A stretch of 13,084 nucleotides of DNA, from assembly GCA_029932645.1 (NCBI GenBank), contig JAOZPR010000022.1:1-13084 (forward strand), in the 5' to 3' direction. How positions within the stretch are numbered: position 1 is the first letter of the stretch; each line of letters starts with the position of its first letter. The stretch comes from Candidatus Aenigmatarchaeota archaeon (lineage in GTDB: Archaea; Aenigmatarchaeota; Aenigmatarchaeia; GW2011-AR5; JAGGXF01). A program made the position numbers and the translations under genes. The notes under the pieces were generated by a model that saw only the letters and a program-made list of their open reading frames with translations, did not search any database and had not been told where the DNA came from. Below, one piece after another: positions 1 to 6,332 of the stretch.

Positions 1-104
1 TTGCATGCTATTTCTATATTTTTGAACTGCTCTTCACTCGTACCCTCTTCATGCGCCTTCTTGATGGCATTTCCTCCAAGGGCAACCACAATTGTTTTAT
101 TCAT
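1..104 (-). CDS. arcC: Carbamate kinase, N-terminal part (runs off the left window edge)
   Basis: Manual translation from ATG at 104 gives MNKTIVVALGGNAIKKAHEEGTSEEQFKNIEIAC. VVALGGNA followed by EEQ-x-x-N is the carbamate kinase N-terminal signature. An AAGTGAT SD-like sequence lies upstream. Not in the ORF track. Confidence 0.88.
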   Translation of the reverse strand, partial: MNKTIVVALGGNAIKKAHEEGTSEEQFKNIEIAC

Positions 105-191
105 GAATATCACTTGAAAATATATAAATAAAAATAATAGAAAGGAATAATATTTAAATTATAATTATATTCTCATAAAAATCAAATGCAC

Positions 192-323
192 TCATTTTAA
201 CCATTTTTCAAACCATTTGATTATATATCTAATCACCTACTCTTCGTGTCTTGTGTCTTTGTAGTTATGATCTGCTCCTTCTATTGTCTTCAAGTCTTTC
301 GGCACGTTGGCGTGGTTTTGGTT
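192..323 (-). pseudogene. Remnant of an alpha/beta-hydrolase C-terminus
   Basis: The frame reads NQNHANVPKDLKTIEGADHNYKDTRHEE*VIRYIIKWFEKWLK*. The 'ANxPKxLxxIEGADH' catalytic-His loop plus a terminal WF..WL helix is typical of the family. There is an in-frame TAG at 237-239 and an upstream TGA at 324-326, and the N-terminal part of the domain is missing. Confidence 0.65.
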
Positions 324-369
324 TCATTCCTAGTCAAATTTCTTGGTTTAATGGTCATCCAGAAATAGA

Positions 370-390
370 TATTACTAATAAGTAGTAATA
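370..390. promoter_or_regulatory. Palindromic operator-like site TATTACT-N7-AGTAATA (contains TACT-N4-AGTA)
   Basis: Inverted repeat read directly from the sequence. The 15-mer TTACTAATAAGTAGT (372-386) recurs exactly at 13054-13068. It lies just upstream of a TTTAAAAA TATA-like box at 400-407. Confidence 0.55.
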
Positions 391-436
391 AACAGAAGCT
401 TTAAAAAGCTTACTCTTAAATATTTAATAAGGTAAT

Positions 437-847
437 ATGATGACTTGGAAATATAGATTGGTTGGAAAGCCTGGAAATATAGACGAATTTATGGATAAGG
501 TAAGAAAGGGTGGAGAAAAAGAAGTTGATGTTGTTTTGGTTTCACTTAAGGAGTACTCAGAACATCCTTTTTATGGTATTAAAACAATATTAGGGTGTAT
601 CGCTGGAAATATTTCATACAAAGAAACTCTGTTTGAAGTTTCTGCGGAGGAACTTTCCCGGCATACACTTAGAGAGGGGGTACTCCCGTCTCTGGACCTA
701 GTAAACCAACTTAATAAAAAAAGAGCCAACGAAGTGAAGGAAACATTAGAAACCAACGGCCTTTCTGTTACTTTCTATGATCTTTTAGAAAAAGAGTATC
801 ACTACCTTTCAAAAAAAGAGCAGGACCTAGTAATAAAAATGGTGTAA
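437..847 (+). CDS. Hypothetical protein (136 aa)
   Basis: ORF with AAGGTAAT SD-like sequence, TATA-like box at 400-407 and a T-rich tract after the stop. No recognisable family. Confidence 0.7.
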   Translation: MMTWKYRLVGKPGNIDEFMDKVRKGGEKEVDVVLVSLKEYSEHPFYGIKTILGCIAGNISYKETLFEVSAEELSRHTLREGVLPSLDLVNQLNKKRANEVKETLETNGLSVTFYDLLEKEYHYLSKKEQDLVIKMV

Positions 848-872
848 AAATTCAATTTTTATTTTTTAAAAA
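848..872. terminator. Possible oligo-T/oligo-A terminator between convergent genes
   Basis: TTTTTATTTTTTAAAAAA tract between the stop at 847 (+) and the stop at 892 (-). Archaeal intrinsic terminators are oligo-T tracts. Confidence 0.35.
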
Positions 873-891
873 AGACGCTATGATTGTTGCC

Positions 892-1446
892 TCAATAATC
901 TTCCTCAAATGCCCACTTTCTGAGCTTCTCTTCTGACTCTTCCTCGTCAGGCACTTCTTCAACGAACTCTATTTCTCCTTCTTTTGGTTGCTCTGTTGTT
1001 TCTTCTGCTGCTTCTTTTGTCGGCTCTTGTTTTGGTGCTGCTGTGATTGAAAGTTTTTCTTCCATGTCCCTTAGGTCTGCTTCTGTTGCCTCTTTCTTGT
1101 TGTAGCCTATAACCACCTTGTCATCCTTGTACCTCGGTATGACATGAAAATAAAGATGTTCAACGAGCTGGCCAGCCACCTTCTCGTTGTTTTGGATTAT
1201 GTTGACGCCTTCTGCGCCGAGTTTTTCCTTCAGGCGCGCTGCTATAATCTTGCACGTGATTATGGCGTCCTCAAGATACGCATTGTCTGCGTCGTAGATG
1301 TTCTCAAAATGCTTTTTCGGTATGACCAAGCAATGGCCAGGATTCGCAGGATTGATATCAAGTATCACGAACGTGAACTCTGTCTCATAAATCTTATGTG
1401 AAGGCATCGTACCTTCAATAAGCTTGCAAAACACACATTCGGGCAT
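892..1446 (-). CDS. HIT (histidine triad) family protein, variant triad HxYxH, with acidic C-terminal extension
   Basis: Motifs CVFC, LDINP..PGHCLVIPKKH and N..AGQLVEHLYFHVIPR. GGTGATGAA SD upstream of the ATG. Confidence 0.92.
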   Translation of the reverse strand: MPECVFCKLIEGTMPSHKIYETEFTFVILDINPANPGHCLVIPKKHFENIYDADNAYLEDAIITCKIIAARLKEKLGAEGVNIIQNNEKVAGQLVEHLYFHVIPRYKDDKVVIGYNKKEATEADLRDMEEKLSITAAPKQEPTKEAAEETTEQPKEGEIEFVEEVPDEEESEEKLRKWAFEEDY

Positions 1447-1505
1447 TTCATCACCTTAGAAAACCTTTCTTAGAAAAATATTAAAAAACGATTTTATGCC
1501 TTGCG

Positions 1506-2405
1506 TTACTCAAACAAATCCCTGACCGCTGACTTTATGTCAGTTAGAAACTCTCCCAAACGGCTGATTGGCTTTTCTCTGGTCTTTGCACGGTCAAAGA
1601 TGTATCTAATAAGCTCATATTCAAGATTGTCCATGGACCACATCGGACAAAGGTTGACATCAATAATAGCTTTGCGGGGCTTCTCAACAAGTGTGACCAG
1701 TGCGAAATTCGACTTTACAGCATGTGCTGCACCAACTGCCAAGTCTTTCAGATGGGGCTTTAGCTTTATTCTGTTTTTTCCGCCTTTCCCACGAAATATG
1801 TTGCGTTTTTCTTTCGGCGTCCGCCTGACCGCGCTTACCACGTGGTTTCCGACGACGAAAGCTTGTATGTAATCCGAGTCAAAGAACTCCTCTATACAAA
1901 CAGGCTCTTTAAAGGACTGGAGCGTATCAAGCATGGCCTCAAATTCCTTTTCTGAGTTCGCAAGCATTGCTCCACGCTCCTTTTTAGATATTTTTAGAGA
2001 CAATGGAAACGCCACCTCGTCTCTTTTTAGTATTCTCATGGCAGTCTCTTGGCTGTCCACAACATACATTTTCGGCACAGGCAGTCCTTCTTTCTGTAGA
2101 ATATTCAGCATCAGCAGCCTGTCTGCCCATATAAGAAATGACTGCGGTTTCATCGGCGAATAAATATCCAGAGAATTGAGCAAGAAATAACCAAACATCG
2201 CACGCTCCTTTGGTATTCTTGGCAGGATAGCATCGAACCTAGACAGATCTGAATTCTTGAATGTTATCTCTAACTCGTTGCCCTGTGCAAATGATATATG
2301 CGAGTAAGATGCGTATAAAACAGAATCAAAAATACTCTTGGCTGTTTTGAGCAGGTCTATATCTACAGCCTTCTTATCAGATGACCCGACAATACACAAT
2401 CTCAT
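1506..2405 (-). CDS. Divergent RimK/LysX-like ATP-grasp fold protein
   Basis: Segments FDAILPRIP, 'DRLLMLNILQKEGLPVPK', FPLSLK, IEEF, 'AFVVGNHVVSAVRR' and IIDVNLCP follow the RimK motif order. Start moved to the ATG at 2405 because AGGTG acts as an SD; the track's GTG at 2414 lies within that SD. Confidence 0.8.
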   Translation of the reverse strand: MRLCIVGSSDKKAVDIDLLKTAKSIFDSVLYASYSHISFAQGNELEITFKNSDLSRFDAILPRIPKERAMFGYFLLNSLDIYSPMKPQSFLIWADRLLMLNILQKEGLPVPKMYVVDSQETAMRILKRDEVAFPLSLKISKKERGAMLANSEKEFEAMLDTLQSFKEPVCIEEFFDSDYIQAFVVGNHVVSAVRRTPKEKRNIFRGKGGKNRIKLKPHLKDLAVGAAHAVKSNFALVTLVEKPRKAIIDVNLCPMWSMDNLEYELIRYIFDRAKTREKPISRLGEFLTDIKSAVRDLFE

Positions 2406-2496
2406 TGACCACACCTATGATTAGAATTCAGGCATATCATATAAAAAGATTTCTGGGCCACGCGTTGTTGACGAGTTGGTGGTTAAGTTTGTCAAC

Positions 2497-2568
2497 CCGG
2501 CTTTTACACAAAAATCCGACTTTTTACACAGAATAAGGAGTTTTTACACACGACCCACTTTTTACACA
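2497..2568 (+). repeat. Four phased direct repeats, core TTTTACACA
   Basis: Cores at 2502, 2522, 2542 and 2560 (spacing 20, 20, 18). Copies 1, 2 and 4 are preceded by CCGGC, CCGAC and CCCAC. Confidence 0.9.
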
Positions 2569-2580
2569 AAGCCGCCCGAC

Positions 2581-2595
2581 CGAAAGGTTTATAAA
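2581..2595 (+). promoter_or_regulatory. Archaeal BRE-TATA promoter of the DUF134 gene (probably leaderless)
   Basis: CGAAAGG followed by TTTATAAA (2588-2595), ending 21 nt before the ATG at 2617. No SD lies in between. Confidence 0.7.
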
Positions 2596-2619
2596 CATTA
2601 TGAACATATGTTCATAATG
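2596..2619. promoter_or_regulatory. 24-bp perfect palindrome, candidate operator
   Basis: CATTATGAACAT|ATGTTCATAATG is its own reverse complement. It spans from the TATA box through the start codon. Confidence 0.8.
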
Positions 2620-3039
2620 GTTAGACCTAGAAAATACAGGTTCGTTGGCACGGAGCCAGAAGTCCTTTATTTCAAGCCAAGAGCCATTCCCCTGAGAGAC
2701 CTAGAAGAGGTTAAACTTAATCTGGAGGAGTTCGAGGCAGTGCGACTAAAGGACCAGGAAGGGATGAGCCAGGAACAATGCGCAAAGAAGATGAAGATTT
2801 CACGCCCCACTTTTCAGAGGATACTTCAGTCAGCAAGAAAAAAAATAGCCGATTTTTTGGTAAATGGGAAGGCTCTGCGAATTGAAGGCGGAACCTGTAT
2901 CGTAAATGCACGAAAATTCAGATGCCTTAAATGTGGGCATGTGTGGAATCAGGGGCGTGGCAAAGGAAGGCCAAGAGCGTGCCCAAAATGCGGGTCTGAT
3001 AATATTAAATCAGAACATAAGATTGTTAATAAGCTATAA
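2617..3039 (+). CDS. DUF134 (UPF0251) putative HTH DNA-binding protein with C-terminal zinc ribbon
   Basis: MVRPRKYR..YFKP..LEEFEAVRLKDQEGMSQEQCAKKMKISRPTFQRILQSARKKIADFLVNGKALRIEGG, then CLKC..CPKC. The true start is the ATG at 2617; the track's N-terminal extension simply translates the repeats. Confidence 0.92.
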   Translation: MVRPRKYRFVGTEPEVLYFKPRAIPLRDLEEVKLNLEEFEAVRLKDQEGMSQEQCAKKMKISRPTFQRILQSARKKIADFLVNGKALRIEGGTCIVNARKFRCLKCGHVWNQGRGKGRPRACPKCGSDNIKSEHKIVNKL

Positions 3040-3091
3040 TTAAAAATATGCTAAAAAATTGGTTTGTAAAAGCTCAAAGGAGGTGACTTAA

Positions 3092-3472
3092 ATGCCAGGA
3101 GGAGACGGAACAGGACCATTTGGAACAGGCGGATACTGTACACCTTTACTGCAAAGCGGACAAATACAAGCACCACTGAGAAGAGGATTTGGTACAGGTA
3201 TAGGATTGGGTGGAGGCATGGGCTTTGGTAGAGGTTTCGGCAGACGCGGGTATAGAAGAATGTTCTATGCAACAGGTTTGCCGGGCTGGGTAAGGTTTGG
3301 TACAGCAACGCCAGCATTACCAGCACAGCCGACTCAGGTGCCACCAGCACCCATAGCACCACTATCGCAGCAGACCAAAGACCAAGAAATACAATCGCTC
3401 GAGCAGGAAAAAATCAGACTAGAACAAGACCTGCAGAATATCGACAAGAGATTGGAAGAGCTGAGAAAATAA
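3092..3472 (+). CDS. DUF5320 family protein (Gly/Arg-rich, C-terminal coiled coil)
   Basis: MPGGDGTGP N-terminus, GYC, GRGFGRRG..FYATGLPGW and a heptad C-terminus. Strong GGAGGTGA SD. Confidence 0.88.
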   Translation: MPGGDGTGPFGTGGYCTPLLQSGQIQAPLRRGFGTGIGLGGGMGFGRGFGRRGYRRMFYATGLPGWVRFGTATPALPAQPTQVPPAPIAPLSQQTKDQEIQSLEQEKIRLEQDLQNIDKRLEELRK

Positions 3473-3502
3473 AAGATGGAACTAAAATAAGGAGATGATT
3501 AT

Positions 3503-3664
3503 ATGCCTGTAGGAGGCAGGGGCCGAATGGGTGGATTTGGACTAGGACCGTCTGGGGAATGTGTTTGCCCTGGCTGTGGTTATAAAATGCCACATCAACG
3601 AGGAGTCCCTTGTTATCAGCAAAAGTGCCCAAAATGCGGCGCCATGATGACACGAACAGCATAA
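3503..3664 (+). CDS. Small Cys-rich metal-binding protein (53 aa)
   Basis: Manual translation MPVGGRGRMGGFGLGPSGECVCPGCGYKMPHQRGVPCYQQKCPKCGAMMTRTA, with GGAGATGA SD. Too short for the ORF track. Confidence 0.88.
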   Translation: MPVGGRGRMGGFGLGPSGECVCPGCGYKMPHQRGVPCYQQKCPKCGAMMTRTA

Positions 3665-3794
3665 AAAGATAAAAGTGGAGAAAATCTTATAGATGTTAAA
3701 ACAAACCATAATGATTCAAAATAATTCATTCGAGATAATTCAAAAACTAATAAAATAAATTATAGAGCAGATAGAGTAAAAGGAGTTGATATAA

Positions 3795-4244
3795 TTGAGA
3801 ATAGCTATAAGTTCAACTGGTCAGGGATTGGACAGTCAGATGAGCCCTGTTTTTGGTAGATGTCCCTATTTTGTTTTTGTAGATGTGGACATGGAAACCA
3901 AAGAGATAAAAAATGAAAAAACTGTTCCAAACTCAGCAGCCATGCAAGCTGGTGGTGCCGGAGTAATGAGTGCTCAGCTTGTTGGAAACGAAAAGGTTGA
4001 GGCGGTTATCTCAGGAGCAGCTGGTCCAAGGGCATTTGGTGTGCTGCAACAACTTGGGATAAAAATCTTTCAGGGCGTTCCAAAAACTGTTAAGGAAAAT
4101 ATAAACTTGTTTCTTGAAGGAAAGCTAACAGAAGTTTCTGCACCAGGTCCTATGGGAATTGGATTTGGTCGTGGTAGAGGTATGGGCCGCAGAAGAGGCG
4201 CTGGTATGGGAGCCGGCAGAGGAAGAGGCTTTGATAGAGTATGA
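3795..4244 (+). CDS. NifB/NifX family (MTH1175-like) protein with RG-rich tail
   Basis: MRIAIS..FGRCPYFVFVD..GGAG..GPRAF..L..GI. TTG start preceded by an AGGAG SD. Confidence 0.9.
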   Translation: MRIAISSTGQGLDSQMSPVFGRCPYFVFVDVDMETKEIKNEKTVPNSAAMQAGGAGVMSAQLVGNEKVEAVISGAAGPRAFGVLQQLGIKIFQGVPKTVKENINLFLEGKLTEVSAPGPMGIGFGRGRGMGRRRGAGMGAGRGRGFDRV

Positions 4245-4253
4245 GGGTTGCGA

Positions 4254-5498
4254 ATGACGAAGACAACTAGCCTGAAGAAAGGAGAGCGTGCAGCTCTTGT
4301 TTCTACAGCTGTTTCATTTATTTTAACTTTGGTAAAAGCAGCTGTCGGTATTTTGTCAGGCTCTCTTGTTTTGGTCAGTGACGCATTAGAATCAGCATCT
4401 GATATAATCTCGGGTATAGCATCATTTTTTGGACTTAAATTGTCCCAAAGAAAACCAAATGAAAAATTTCCTTACGGCTATTACAAAGCTGAAAACCTCT
4501 CGTCTTTATTCATTTCTATGATTATAACGTATGGTGCTATAAGGCTGCTTTTGGAAGGATATCAAAGAATTTTTGTCATACCGAATATTCAATATCCTAT
4601 CCTTACCCTGGGGGTTGCTGGAATTTCGGGTTTGGTGGCATTCATTAACTCAAAATATCTGGAGCGAGTTAGCAAAGAAATAAACTCACAAAGCCTTGAA
4701 GCAACAGCCAAAGACCGACTAAAAGACATGTTTGTTTCTTTCATCGTTTTCGTTACAGTTCTGCTTTCTTATTATAAAATTCCTTATGTAGAAGGATTGA
4801 TAACCATAGTAATTTCTATAATCGTTTTAAGGTTTGGTTTTTTCACACTCAAAGATTCTGTCTTTGCTCTGATGGACGTGAGCCCAAGCAAGAAAAAAGA
4901 ACATGTGATAGAAAAGCTAATTAAAAACACCGAAGGCGTGGACGGGTTTGAAGGCCTTAAACTTAGAAAGTCCGGGCCATTTGTCTTTGGAGAGGTTAGT
5001 ATAAAGATTAAGAAATTTGCTAATGTTGACAGGGCGCACGAAATAGCTGATAAAATCGAAAATAAGATTAAAGAGAAGTTCGAAGAGGTCCAAGCGTTTA
5101 CAGTTCATGTAGAGCCCTATGAAACCAAAAAACATAGGGTTGCGATACCGATAAAAAAGCCGAAAGGACTGGAGTCAGAAGTCGTGGAACATTTCGGCCG
5201 CGCGGACTATTTCCTTTTTGTTGAAACAGGTAAAGGGGGCATAAGTAAATTTTATTCAAAAAAGAATCCTAACAAGAGCCGTGCTGTCAGAGCTGGCTTA
5301 TCAACGGTACATTTCCTCGTGAAAGAAAAAGCAGACATACTCATAACAAAAGAGATGGGCGAAATCTCGTTTCATAGCGCGCGCGATAATCTGATTGACA
5401 TCTACCAGACAAAAGGCAGAACAGCAAAAAATGTTATAGACAATTTCTTGAAAGATAATCTCACAAAACTTACGAAACCGACAAGGAAGAAAGACTAA
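4254..5498 (+). CDS. Cation diffusion facilitator (FieF-like) fused to a C-terminal NifB/NifX domain
   Basis: K..GILSGS..LVSDA, FPYGYYKAENL, six TM-like segments, AHEIA and VHVEP, followed by VAIP..EHFGRADYF. ATG at 4254 preferred; TTG at 4248 is the alternative. Confidence 0.92.
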   Translation: MTKTTSLKKGERAALVSTAVSFILTLVKAAVGILSGSLVLVSDALESASDIISGIASFFGLKLSQRKPNEKFPYGYYKAENLSSLFISMIITYGAIRLLLEGYQRIFVIPNIQYPILTLGVAGISGLVAFINSKYLERVSKEINSQSLEATAKDRLKDMFVSFIVFVTVLLSYYKIPYVEGLITIVISIIVLRFGFFTLKDSVFALMDVSPSKKKEHVIEKLIKNTEGVDGFEGLKLRKSGPFVFGEVSIKIKKFANVDRAHEIADKIENKIKEKFEEVQAFTVHVEPYETKKHRVAIPIKKPKGLESEVVEHFGRADYFLFVETGKGGISKFYSKKNPNKSRAVRAGLSTVHFLVKEKADILITKEMGEISFHSARDNLIDIYQTKGRTAKNVIDNFLKDNLTKLTKPTRKKD

Positions 5499-5531
5499 AT
5501 AGTTAAAGTTAATAAAAATAAGAGGGTTGAT

Positions 5532-6332
5532 ATGGATATCGGAGAATTGCATAGAAAGATGCAAAAAAGAAGAGAAATAATAAAATCAAATATGAAAAAA
5601 ATAAAGTATAAAATAGCCGTAATGAGTGGCAAGGGCGGCGTGGGCAAAACAACAGTTGCGATAAACCTTGCAATATCCTTGGCAAAAAGTAAAATAAATG
5701 CAGGCAAAGACAATAAAGTCGCTATTCTCGATGCAGACATAGATTGTCCAAATGTAAACAAATTCATGGGAATAGAAAAGAAGCTGTCTATAAAGAATGA
5801 AAAAATTATTCCCATTGAAAAATACGGCATAAGTGTGGTTTCTTTTGCTTCGCTTCAGGAAAGAGAGGACCAACCTATTATCTGGCGTGGTCCAATGCTT
5901 TCTAAAGCTATAATGGAACTTTTGGAACAGGTTGAATGGGGTGAGCTGGATTATCTAATTATCGACCTGCCTCCGGGAACAAGCGATGCTTCTTTGACCA
6001 TTATGCAGGAGCTGGTGCCCGATGGTATAATCATAGTAACTACCCCACAAGATGTGGCTGTTGTCGATGCTAAAAAATCAGCAAACATGGCAAAAGAACT
6101 TGACATACATGTTTTGGGTATAATAGAAAATATGTCTGGAGAGATATTTGGTAGTGGTGGTGGAGAAAAAGCTGCAACAGATGTTGGAATAAGATTTTTG
6201 GGCAGACTAAAATTGGATGCTGAAATAGCCAGATGCGCGGAAAAGAAAAAGCCGTTTGTTCTTGAGCAATCCAAGTCCGCAGAAGAATTTAAAAACATTG
6301 TAAATACTATTGTAAAGGAGGTGTTAAAATGA
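5532..6332 (+). CDS. Mrp/NBP35/ApbC family P-loop ATPase (lacks the CxxC motif)
   Basis: SGKGGVGKTT, IIWRGPM, WGELDYLIIDLPPGTSD, VTTPQ and ENMS motifs. Confidence 0.93.
   Translation: MDIGELHRKMQKRREIIKSNMKKIKYKIAVMSGKGGVGKTTVAINLAISLAKSKINAGKDNKVAILDADIDCPNVNKFMGIEKKLSIKNEKIIPIEKYGISVVSFASLQEREDQPIIWRGPMLSKAIMELLEQVEWGELDYLIIDLPPGTSDASLTIMQELVPDGIIIVTTPQDVAVVDAKKSANMAKELDIHVLGIIENMSGEIFGSGGGEKAATDVGIRFLGRLKLDAEIARCAEKKKPFVLEQSKSAEEFKNIVNTIVKEVLK

Noticed and set aside
237..239. TAG readthrough (pyrrolysine or recoding) in the hydrolase remnant
   Set aside because: The frame also lacks most of the domain, and TAG serves as a normal stop in the window (6686-6688, 10043-10045).
2497..2568. 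Mini-CRISPR interpretation of the TTTTACACA array
   Set aside because: Repeats (~10 bp) and spacers (~8-10 bp) are far too short, and there are no cas genes in the window.
2476..2616. N-terminal extension of the DUF134 ORF in the track
   Set aside because: It translates the repeat array and promoter. The family N-terminus (MxRPxK) starts at 2617.
3040..3072. Possible second CATATG-like operator and an inverted TTTGTAAAAG copy of the repeat
   Set aside because: The symmetry is poor, and a single 9/10 match in AT-rich DNA is expected by chance. The same applies to GGTGTAAAAA at 841-850.
3705..3750. AT(A/G)ATTCA repeated three times in the intergenic gap
   Set aside because: Short, irregularly spaced and in very AT-rich sequence.
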